A stretch of DNA of 64,000 nt, from the NCBI GenBank assembly GCA_963663805.2, contig CAXXMR010000014.1, positions 1-64,000 on the forward strand, given 5' to 3'. The notes below the pieces were generated by a model that did no database searches, was not told the DNA's origin, and was given only the letters and a program-made list of their open reading frames with translations. The first letter of the stretch is position 1. Each line of letters opens with the position of its first letter. The stretch comes from Sedimentisphaerales bacterium. GTDB lineage: Bacteria > Planctomycetota > Phycisphaerae > Sedimentisphaerales > SM23-30. A program made the position numbers and the translations under genes. This document shows, in pieces, positions 1 to 8,292 of the stretch.

Positions 1-90
1 CTGTTATAATATGATCCTTCGGCCGGAAAGGTTAAACTTTCGGGATTATCAGTATTATTATGGCGATTCTCTGATTACTATAAGGATGAA

Positions 91-160
91 ACCGCGGATG
101 ATTATATCTATCTGTGCGATACGCACCGGATTTCGCGGATTTTTAACGGCAACGACAAAG
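91..160. repeat. Modular intergenic repeat (CCGCGGAT..CGCGGATT module containing a 22-bp GTGCG-ATA-CGCAC mini-hairpin unit)
   Basis: CGCGGATTTTTAACGGCAA (134-152) is identical at 36221-36239; 105-126 is the exact reverse complement of 18932-18953. Confidence 0.8.
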
Positions 161-193
161 AGTTTCCAGATAGAACAGACAAGATTTTAATAA

Positions 194-3100
194 TCATTTA
201 TTCGATAATTTTTTAGCTCTGTCTTTCAATTCTTTTTTCTTCTTTTTTAACTCCTCATCTGCATAAATTCTCATTGGCAAGGAAAATTTATCTTGAATGT
301 CCATTATCCATTGTGGTGATCCGGTTGAATCATCGCCAGGATCACCTAAATTTAATGCAGCATCCAATAATAGCCATTTCCTTTTCATATCTTCTTCAAT
401 GACGAGGCAGCCTATAACTTTATTTAGTTCTTTGAATCGAGATATCCTATCCAAAGCATTTAAAGCCTCATTTTCGATGTCCGAATCACCATCAAGTAAA
501 CAGCTTTTTATATCTTCATAAATAATATCAGAAATACTATTCCAACCGGATATTCTCAAGGCTGCTATAATTTCATTTTTACTTTTAGAATCCAGATGAC
601 TTTGTATTAAATCAGAATTTGCTAAAACTCGCCCTATTGCCCATTGAACTAAAACATCTTTTTCCTGCACTATTTTTTTAAATAGATAGTCTATACTTTT
701 CTCAGCATCTATCTGCGCCATTAATTCCGGCAAGCTATTCCGTGCCGGCATATTAGTATTTTCAAAATCTCTTTTCGCTACCATCCATGCCTTGTTTTTG
801 TCAATATGAGAATACAACTCTATCTGGTTTCGTTTTGAACACAAAAAACGTGTATCATATATATTTGATAATAATAGCTCTTTAATATCTTTATCAAATA
901 ATACCTTTAAACTCCCTCCTAAATCAACATAATGCAATAAAATAGAATATATAAAGCCTTCATTTAGGAAATTAGCGTCTCTAAGATGTTTTTTTGAATA
1001 TTGAAGTACCTGATCTCTCAAAACATCATTCGAAATCAAATTATATGCGATCTGGAAATCAAATTTCCTGTCGAGGGTTTCTAACAAATAGTTTTGAGCT
1101 AATGAGGAATTAATTCTCAAAAGAGCCAAAGATATTGAATGGGCAAATTTACTATTACTATATAAATCACATAACTTGTTGACTATTTTGTCTTCTTCTG
1201 CTCGTAATTTTCCTAATGTAATAATACATGCATGAGCAAGATCTGAATCTTTTTCCGAATCACATAAAATATTGAATATTTGATTAATATATTGTGTTTG
1301 GCCATAACCCCCTAATGCTATTACCGCTCCAGCAATTTCGGTTTCACATTTATACGACTTCAATACATCTATTGCAGGCTGCAAAAAAGTATATGAATCG
1401 AGGTCGCCAGCACAATATTCACAAATATTACCAGAACACTTCATGCCCCATTTTAATAAATAATTTACTACTGGTAGATTTTCACCTATATTTTCCAGAA
1501 TAAATGTTGCCTCACCTTGATTGAAAGGATAATCAATATCTTCAAGCTTATCAGAAGCCGAAAGCCTTTTCAATAAATCAACAATTTCTACATCAATCAC
1601 CTTATTGGCATAACCCAAACCATCGCGTTGCATATAAAAATTGTTGCTCGCCAACCAGTTCTTAACAACTAAAATAATTCCATCACCACCAATTTTATAT
1701 AAAATATTTACTGCGTTAAATAATTCATGGTCAACCCAAGCGGTCAGCCTCCCTCCTTTTTCAAGTAACCATTTGGTCAATTTCTTCTCTAGTGTACCGC
1801 CTTTTCGCTTCCGGAAACAATCTAGTTGATCTATAGACCAGAGCTTACTCAGACAATCTAAGGGAAACCACAGCGGATGTTGCTTTTCAGGAGGAGAGAT
1901 TGACACCTCATCAATAATTTCCTCAAGCTGATCAAGCAAATAATCTAGATTTTCGCTATCAATTTCATTTTCACTTCCCTGATAGAAACGCGCGATTTGC
2001 CACGGCTGCGTAGAACTCTGCATGAGACCAAGCAACTCTCTTTTTGCTTCTGAAGGAACAAGTTTAAGGAGTAAATGAATATGCCAACCACGACAAAAGT
2101 AAATATGCTCACAATGCTTCAGATGGCTAACTGCTTCTTTCTGAGATATTTTAGCTAATGCCCGCAAAGCACTATCCCCTAAAGAATCCTCCTTAATATG
2201 AATTCTATCCCTCAACCAATCTACATGGGAATCATCTCTAAATACTGAAATGCAATTTGCCAGACAACGCGCTTTGTCTGCTTTGACTTTTTCGAAAAGT
2301 GTATTTTTACATTTCTGCCATATCCGTTTGTCACCAGAAGACGCCAAAAGATAAGCCAAGTCAGCAACAGGTTCTTGGGGCTTTGATTCTTGTATTGCCT
2401 TTTCCAGCCATTCAGTATTTAATCGCAAACAGGCTTTTAATGCTCCAAAGGAATCATTATAAACAAAATATCTTCCACTTTCATACTCATAAGAATATTT
2501 TTTATAATTTTTCTGCATATCACAATGTATTTGCCAAATCTGATCGAGGTACCGACCAGATGGATTTTGGCCTAATATTTTTATTGCAGCACGTTTGACA
2601 AGTGGTGATTCATCATTTATGAATTCATCAATATACTTACAAATATCACGATGCTCGTAGTACTCCAAAGAATCAAACAAATACCCTTTTTTACAATTAC
2701 CCTCACAGCAATATCCTCGTAATTTATTAAACAAGAATGGGAGTACTGCTTTGCCAAAGGATGGCAAATAATAATTATATAATTTTCTTTCGTGTAAGAA
2801 CAAGTCACTATCAAGCATTTCGATCATAATTTTAATAGTAGCATCGTGCTCACAAGTGTCTTTAAGCATCAGATATAATAAGTCAAGAGGAACATATCCT
2901 AAATTTCCACACGAATATTTCTCTGTCCCTTTCCACAATCTGTCAACCAAATCTAAGAATCTGTCATTATCAAGCTCTCCATATGAAACCTTTTCGATAA
3001 TCGCTTCCGCTACTAACCAATTCAAGAGTCGATCATGAATTATTCCCCATTTCCCATCTCCTAAATTTCGTAGCCATCCACACTTTTCTAATCTTATTAA

Positions 3101-4366
3101 GCCTCCCGGACCAAACTGACTGATTTGTCTATCTCTCCAAGGATAAGTTGCATTATTCAAAAGATTATACGCCAATTGCTTTAAAATTGACCGGTCTTTG
3201 GCATGCTTTGACATTTCCCCCTGAGTTAACCTTGACCAATATTCTGCATATAGCTCATATTCATTTGAAGGTTCCCATTTAGGACAATCACTATATATGT
3301 CACAATATATTTGCGCCAGCAAGGGAATCTTCAATGTTCGCCTAACATCCGTTGGAATATGTAGCCATTCATTTCGGAGTCTTATATCTAAATATTCCTG
3401 TAATTCTTCTTCGCAGAATCCATCAATCGTATGCTTATACCAACCATCAGCCTCAATAACTGCATAAGGAAGAGAAGATATGGCTATTTTAATCCCCCAG
3501 CTTTCCCAATCTCTACTTGTAATATATTTTGCTTCAAGAAAATCATTGACTCCGTCTATAAGAAGAAAAATTTCCTTCTGCAAACCAGCCTTTAACAGTA
3601 ATTCCGAAATGCGATCAAGATATAATTCGCTGTCATTATTTAATATATCATGGAAGAATACCCTCGAAGCTTCTCTTTCATTCCCCAAGCTAGCCCCCTT
3701 CTGGTTATCAATCAAAATTACTATCTTATTTTGGTCAATCAAATAACTTGCAATGGAATATAACGCCCATGATTTACCATAGCCACTTTCTCCGCTGATC
3801 GTTACTCCCTCATGATCAGTCCATTTATGTATAATTTCGAGAAAGCTGTATTTTCGCACATCGTGAGATGAATAATATTTATGTTTCCTGAAAAAACTTT
3901 CTAAATACCGCATGTTACGGCTCAATAATTCTTCATGGGTAATTGAAAATGGTTGAACAAGTTTTTTTGTATTAGCGTTTATTTCTTTGACCAATGCATT
4001 TGTTTTTTTGGCTGTAGTGCCAATTCCATCTATACTCTCTATTAATTCATTGAAAAGATCCTGTGTTAGATGTGTTAATTCGTTTGTTTGATCGATAGAT
4101 AATTTATTTAAATTACACAAAAGCGTCTTTATCTGCTCAGTGTTCGCTGCGGCATATGCAGAATTAAGGCTTGAAATTTTCTCTTGATCTAATAATTCCT
4201 TGAACTGTTGAGTTTTAGAAGTATCTACTAAGACTTCTCTTTTTTCTTTCGGAATTGCCGCAATTTCTACAATTAGTGTTGCAGGTATCTTGACCCACGC
4301 GGAGGTATTTGCTCCAGCTAATAATGCCTTTAGTATGGCATTAAGTATTTGTTTATTATTTGCCAT
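194..4366 (-). CDS. Large STAND/NACHT-like P-loop NTPase with C-terminal HEAT/ARM-like helical repeats (candidate defence sensor)
   Basis: 1390-aa ORF; Walker A GESGYGKS, Walker B LLIDGVND, IPLLA (GxP-like), IIHDRL winged-helix motif; HEAT-like motifs (DESPLVKRAAIKILG, DGDSDIENEALNAL); much more AT-rich than core genes. Confidence 0.8.
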   Translation of the reverse strand: MANNKQILNAILKALLAGANTSAWVKIPATLIVEIAAIPKEKREVLVDTSKTQQFKELLDQEKISSLNSAYAAANTEQIKTLLCNLNKLSIDQTNELTHLTQDLFNELIESIDGIGTTAKKTNALVKEINANTKKLVQPFSITHEELLSRNMRYLESFFRKHKYYSSHDVRKYSFLEIIHKWTDHEGVTISGESGYGKSWALYSIASYLIDQNKIVILIDNQKGASLGNEREASRVFFHDILNNDSELYLDRISELLLKAGLQKEIFLLIDGVNDFLEAKYITSRDWESWGIKIAISSLPYAVIEADGWYKHTIDGFCEEELQEYLDIRLRNEWLHIPTDVRRTLKIPLLAQIYCDIYSDCPKWEPSNEYELYAEYWSRLTQGEMSKHAKDRSILKQLAYNLLNNATYPWRDRQISQFGPGGLIRLEKCGWLRNLGDGKWGIIHDRLLNWLVAEAIIEKVSYGELDNDRFLDLVDRLWKGTEKYSCGNLGYVPLDLLYLMLKDTCEHDATIKIMIEMLDSDLFLHERKLYNYYLPSFGKAVLPFLFNKLRGYCCEGNCKKGYLFDSLEYYEHRDICKYIDEFINDESPLVKRAAIKILGQNPSGRYLDQIWQIHCDMQKNYKKYSYEYESGRYFVYNDSFGALKACLRLNTEWLEKAIQESKPQEPVADLAYLLASSGDKRIWQKCKNTLFEKVKADKARCLANCISVFRDDSHVDWLRDRIHIKEDSLGDSALRALAKISQKEAVSHLKHCEHIYFCRGWHIHLLLKLVPSEAKRELLGLMQSSTQPWQIARFYQGSENEIDSENLDYLLDQLEEIIDEVSISPPEKQHPLWFPLDCLSKLWSIDQLDCFRKRKGGTLEKKLTKWLLEKGGRLTAWVDHELFNAVNILYKIGGDGIILVVKNWLASNNFYMQRDGLGYANKVIDVEIVDLLKRLSASDKLEDIDYPFNQGEATFILENIGENLPVVNYLLKWGMKCSGNICEYCAGDLDSYTFLQPAIDVLKSYKCETEIAGAVIALGGYGQTQYINQIFNILCDSEKDSDLAHACIITLGKLRAEEDKIVNKLCDLYSNSKFAHSISLALLRINSSLAQNYLLETLDRKFDFQIAYNLISNDVLRDQVLQYSKKHLRDANFLNEGFIYSILLHYVDLGGSLKVLFDKDIKELLLSNIYDTRFLCSKRNQIELYSHIDKNKAWMVAKRDFENTNMPARNSLPELMAQIDAEKSIDYLFKKIVQEKDVLVQWAIGRVLANSDLIQSHLDSKSKNEIIAALRISGWNSISDIIYEDIKSCLLDGDSDIENEALNALDRISRFKELNKVIGCLVIEEDMKRKWLLLDAALNLGDPGDDSTGSPQWIMDIQDKFSLPMRIYADEELKKKKKELKDRAKKLSNK

Positions 4367-4715
4367 GCTTTATTTCTCAATAATATAAACTTCACCGAAA
4401 ATGTTGCTAATTGTGGGTAAATTCTCGTCTGCCATAATATTTATCCCAGGATTCGGTTTTCAGGTATTATTCCATCTATCTTAAAGGGCGGCAGTTAAAT
4501 AATCTTACAGCCCGAATATCCTCGAAAACAAAAAGGAACTCCGCCGAAGGATTCATTATATATCCCGCCCCTTGGTAATACCATTGGAAATATCAGGATT
4601 TTTACCGGCGAACTGTTAATAAAAATAAATCCGTGAAACTCCTTTAAAGACAATTACTTAAGGAACATCATTATAAAAAAGAGTAGGAAATTCTTATAAA
4701 AAACCGGTTTTTGAT

Positions 4716-4740
4716 TAAGTCCGTCCCCTCTTTGGCCGAT
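4716..4740 (+). promoter_or_regulatory. Candidate sigma28 (FliA/WhiG)-type promoter
   Basis: TAAG-N15-GCCGAT, close to the TAAA-N15-GCCGATAA consensus, upstream of the FN3 gene. Confidence 0.4.
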
Positions 4741-4877
4741 TCCATGGCTATCAGTAATTCGTACCCATTTGTAAACATTTGAATATTCGTAAACAATTAC
4801 GCGAAATTCCCATTGGGGGAACTAGCATACTATTTATTTAATCTTTGGCCCGGTGCGGGCAGGAAGGAAGGTTTACT

Positions 4878-5504
4878 ATGGCAGTTTTTCCGAAAACTGA
4901 ACCCAATGTGCTGGCTCTGGCGGGACAGATGATCAGCGGACTCAATGAACATAGCTCACTTTATCCCAGTGTGAGCGTGGAGGCGCTGACGAATTTGAGT
5001 ATGGCATATACCGAATGCAATAACGCGATCAATGCTCAGGATAACGCCAAGGCCGCCGCCAAGAACGCGACTATCGCTAAAAACGACCGGCAGGGCGAGC
5101 TGGAAGAACAGATGCATAAGATTCTCTATCTGGCCGAGCATGACTGCATGAATACGCCCGGCAATCTGGATTATATCGGCTGGTCGCAACGCAAGCCCGG
5201 CAGCCCGCTTAATCCGCCCGATCAGCCGACGCACCTGACACCCAGCTATGAAGGGCCCGGCGTCCTTTCGCTTAACTGGCGTAAAGGCACCGGCGGCGGC
5301 AGCGTGAGTAATTACCGTATCGAACGGTCCGATCAGCCCGAAGGCGGCGGCGTGCCGGGACCGTGGACATTATTAACGACCAGCTTCACGGAAAACGTCA
5401 CCTTGCAGAATCAGCCCCGCGGTATCGAAATGCAGTATCGCATCGCGGCCACCAACTCCGCGGGCGCTTCGCTGCCCTCGAATATCGCTACGGTCGTGCT
5501 GTAA
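4878..5504 (+). CDS. Fibronectin type III domain protein (helical N-terminus plus C-terminal FN3), paralog 1
   Basis: ATG 4878 after AGGAAGGAAGG; FN3 pattern P-x-x-L...L-x-W...Y-x-I...Y-x-I-x-A-x-N-x-x-G...SN; aligns with 17148-17762 and 17835-18449. Confidence 0.85.
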   Translation: MAVFPKTEPNVLALAGQMISGLNEHSSLYPSVSVEALTNLSMAYTECNNAINAQDNAKAAAKNATIAKNDRQGELEEQMHKILYLAEHDCMNTPGNLDYIGWSQRKPGSPLNPPDQPTHLTPSYEGPGVLSLNWRKGTGGGSVSNYRIERSDQPEGGGVPGPWTLLTTSFTENVTLQNQPRGIEMQYRIAATNSAGASLPSNIATVVL

Positions 5505-5531
5505 AAGATTGCTGAAACAAACTCTCTCCCG

Positions 5532-5563
5532 CGCCGGGTTCCAAGATGATCCCGGCGTTTTTT
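5532..5563 (+). terminator. Intrinsic terminator
   Basis: CGCCGGG/CCCGGCG stem followed by T6 just after the FN3 stop. Confidence 0.75.
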
Positions 5564-6199
5564 ATGCGCCTAAAGCAGCTATCCCTGGCAGCGAAAAACG
5601 TATGCCATATTCCCAACATAATTATATACCGGAAATTTCCGCGGCGTTGCCAAGCATTCCTTTTGTAACCAGCCACAAGAAATCTTTATGTGATCGCTTA
5701 ATTCCATCTTCAAAACAATCGTCACCGCACGGTTCATAGGGTCGCGTAAAAACATATTGATCTTCTGTAAGAGCCCAGCCATTATCTGTATTGACCAACC
5801 AAAATCGAAACGCTGTATCTAAATGTCCCTCGGGCAGTGTGAACATGAAACGATTATTAAATTCATAGGAATATTGAGCAATGAAAACAGTATGGCAGCC
5901 AAATTCTTTGGCACATTTAGCGATTTTACCTTCATTTATATACCATAGCACGTACGGAACACTGGTATAAACTGATTTGCGGGGGATCTCAGGGTTTAGA
6001 TCGACAAACTGATATCCTTTAGGTTCTAAAACTCTGCGGATTTGTTGTTTACATTCCTCTATAAGTTTATCCTGATATTCTGTATCGCCGTCATCTTCAA
6101 ACACTTTATCATATATTACGTATAACCCCACCGGATTCACTTGTATTTTGGGTTCAAAACGACTGAGACTTGATCTGCAACCATAAACAAAGAAACAAA

Positions 6200-7789
6200 G
6201 TAACATTTTAGCCAAGTGAAGCAAATTCTATAGCTTTTGGGTTGGCTTGTGCAAAAAAAAGACAAAAAAACTTCAAAATGTTAAGATGGGTAATTTGCGC
6301 TATTGCGTGTAATGGTTTATAGTTTCAGCATGATGAAGCCGAATGCTGAACAGGCTATCGCCGACCTGGCCTTAGAGCAGGAATTGACTGCGGAGCAGGC
6401 TGAGCTTATTTACGAGCAAGGCAGAGAGGCGGTGGTTTTTGTTTTGCTGAGACTGTCGAAACTGGCAGCGGAAAAAACACAAGGTACGTTAGTTGCCGGC
6501 AGTCCGGCTGATCCTTCGTGTCCCTCAGGTCAGAAGCCGGTTTTTGTCAAGCCGAACAAAACAGATAAAAAACGCGGCAAAAAGTTTGGCCGTAAAAAAG
6601 GGCATCAAGGTACTCGCCGCAATCTGCCGACCCAAATAGACCGTACCGAAGAACATCGCGCTTCATGTTGTCCGGACTGCGGCGGCGAACTGAAAAAATG
6701 TTCCGGCACACGTGAACGAATCATCGAAGACATCCCGGAAGATGTTCGCGTTGAGACGGTAAAGCATGTTATTCATCGCGACTGGTGTCCGAACTGTCGC
6801 AAGGCGGTTGAGCCGATCGTAACCGATGCTCTGCCAAAATCATCTATTGGCAATGGTATTGTGGTTTTGTGTGCCTGGCTCCACTTTGCGTTGGGCAATA
6901 CGATAGCGCAGATCCTGGAGGTGTTTAATTTTCATCTCCGGTTTAAGATGTCGCCGGGCGGATTAGTCCAGATGTGGCATCGTTTAGCGGATATACTCCT
7001 GGCCTGGTACGAAGAAATAATCGAGGACATTCAAAAAGCCGGTGTCCTGCACGGCGATGAGACCGGCTGGCGGGTAAACGGTAAAACGCATTGGTTATGG
7101 TGCTTTACCAGCCATCAAGCCACGATTTTTACGGTCGAGCAGTCGCGGGCCGGGCCGGTGGTTTTGGAATTTATCAAAGAATGTTTCAACGGCGTGTTCG
7201 TAAGTGACTTCTGGTATGCTTACAATGTATTGTCATGCGCCAAACAAAAGTGCCTGGTTCACTTACTGCGTGATTTGGAGCGAGTCTGGAAAGCCAAAGA
7301 CCACAGCGGCGATTGGCCGAGGTTCTCCAAAAAACTCAAACGATTAATTCGCGACGCGATACGCCTGCGTAAACGCATCGATGAACTGGATGCGACGGTT
7401 TACCAGCGGCGCTGCCAACGAATCGAAAAACGCTTGGATCTTATTATCGCGCATGAGTGGTCGAACAAGGAAGCTCAGCGGTTGATTAAGCGTTTGAAAC
7501 GCCATCATGATGAGCTGTTCACTTTTCTGAGCAATCGCGAGGTGCCGTTCGATAATAATTTTGGCGAACGCAGCATTCGCGGCGCGGTGATCATGCGAAA
7601 GAACAGCTATAACAACCGCAGCGACCGTGGAGCCCGAACGCAATCGGTGCTGATGAGCGTGTTTTTTACCCTGAAACAACGCGGCCTAAACCCGGTTGCT
7701 ACCATCAAAAAAGCCCTGCGAACATACATCAAAACCGGCAAATTGCCAAAACTCGCGGAGTTCTCTGCTTCACTTGGCTAAAGTGTTAC
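6200..7789 (+). mobile_element. IS66 family element, single-ORF (ISBst12-like) type
   Basis: TIRs GTAACATTTTAGCCAAGTGAAGCA / TGCTTCACTTGGCTAAAGTGTTAC; 8-bp TSD GAAACAAA at 6192-6199 and 7790-7797. Confidence 0.95.
6330..7781 (+). CDS. tnpC: IS66 family DDE transposase
   Basis: Zn finger CPDCGG..CPNC, DETGW, QKCLVHLLR, DNNFGERSIR motifs; start codon approximate; stop lies within the right TIR. Confidence 0.93.
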   Translation: MMKPNAEQAIADLALEQELTAEQAELIYEQGREAVVFVLLRLSKLAAEKTQGTLVAGSPADPSCPSGQKPVFVKPNKTDKKRGKKFGRKKGHQGTRRNLPTQIDRTEEHRASCCPDCGGELKKCSGTRERIIEDIPEDVRVETVKHVIHRDWCPNCRKAVEPIVTDALPKSSIGNGIVVLCAWLHFALGNTIAQILEVFNFHLRFKMSPGGLVQMWHRLADILLAWYEEIIEDIQKAGVLHGDETGWRVNGKTHWLWCFTSHQATIFTVEQSRAGPVVLEFIKECFNGVFVSDFWYAYNVLSCAKQKCLVHLLRDLERVWKAKDHSGDWPRFSKKLKRLIRDAIRLRKRIDELDATVYQRRCQRIEKRLDLIIAHEWSNKEAQRLIKRLKRHHDELFTFLSNREVPFDNNFGERSIRGAVIMRKNSYNNRSDRGARTQSVLMSVFFTLKQRGLNPVATIKKALRTYIKTGKLPKLAEFSASLG

Positions 7790-7899
7790 GAAACAAACAA
7801 AAAATAACAGAAGACAATTAAACTTTGTTTTCAAAATCAATGATTCCTCCCATAAGATTCTTTTTATAAACATTACTGAATCGCCAAATACATATAATC

Positions 7900-7929
7900 T
7901 CAATATATGATAATTGTTTTGTCATACAT
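7900..7929 (-). pseudogene. Possible 5' stump of a HEPN/DUF86 toxin gene (MYDKTIIIY*)
   Basis: ATG overlaps the MNT stop codon (ATGTATGA), as in coupled MNT-HEPN operons, but the frame closes after 9 codons. Confidence 0.35.
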
Positions 7930-8212
7930 AGAGCGATTCCCTGTCAATCCTGCTTTTCAGAAAAGCGTTCATCTGGTCCCGATAGCTTACGACATCGACG
8001 CTCAGATGCAGAGTCTCTTCCAGATCCTGTTTGATGCCGATTATATGGAAAAGATCCTGAGTCTCGAGCTTTACAACCACGTCAAGGTCGCTGGCTTTTT
8101 GGGCCTGACCCCGGGCAAAAGAACCGAAAATACCCAGAGCCAGAATACCATACTCGGCGGCGTGTTCATCTTTGAAGCATTTCAGAATCTGTAATATTTC
8201 CGTACGTGACAT
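7922..8212 (-). CDS. Minimal nucleotidyltransferase (MntA-like antitoxin)
   Basis: 96 aa; FGSFARG...SDLD motif and VDVV motif. Confidence 0.9.
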   Translation of the reverse strand: MSRTEILQILKCFKDEHAAEYGILALGIFGSFARGQAQKASDLDVVVKLETQDLFHIIGIKQDLEETLHLSVDVVSYRDQMNAFLKSRIDRESLYV

Positions 8213-8292
8213 TATCCTGAATTTCCAACCTCTCTGGGGCCATCTTCTGCCAAAACTTTATTATGTATTCAACAGCCCGCCAAGTCAATATT

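Larger units (their letters stand above)
5622..7840 (-). pseudogene. Lipoprotein gene interrupted in its signal peptide by IS66 (5' part 7840-7790, 3' part 6199-5622)
   Basis: Removing the IS and one TSD gives an in-frame (M)ILKTKFNCLLLFFVCFFVYG-C.. lipoprotein leader, with RBS GGAGGA at 7850-7845. Confidence 0.8.

Noticed and set aside
5622..6224. Intact 200-aa ORF as listed
   Set aside because: Its first codons derive from the IS66 left TIR; treated as the 3' part of an interrupted gene.
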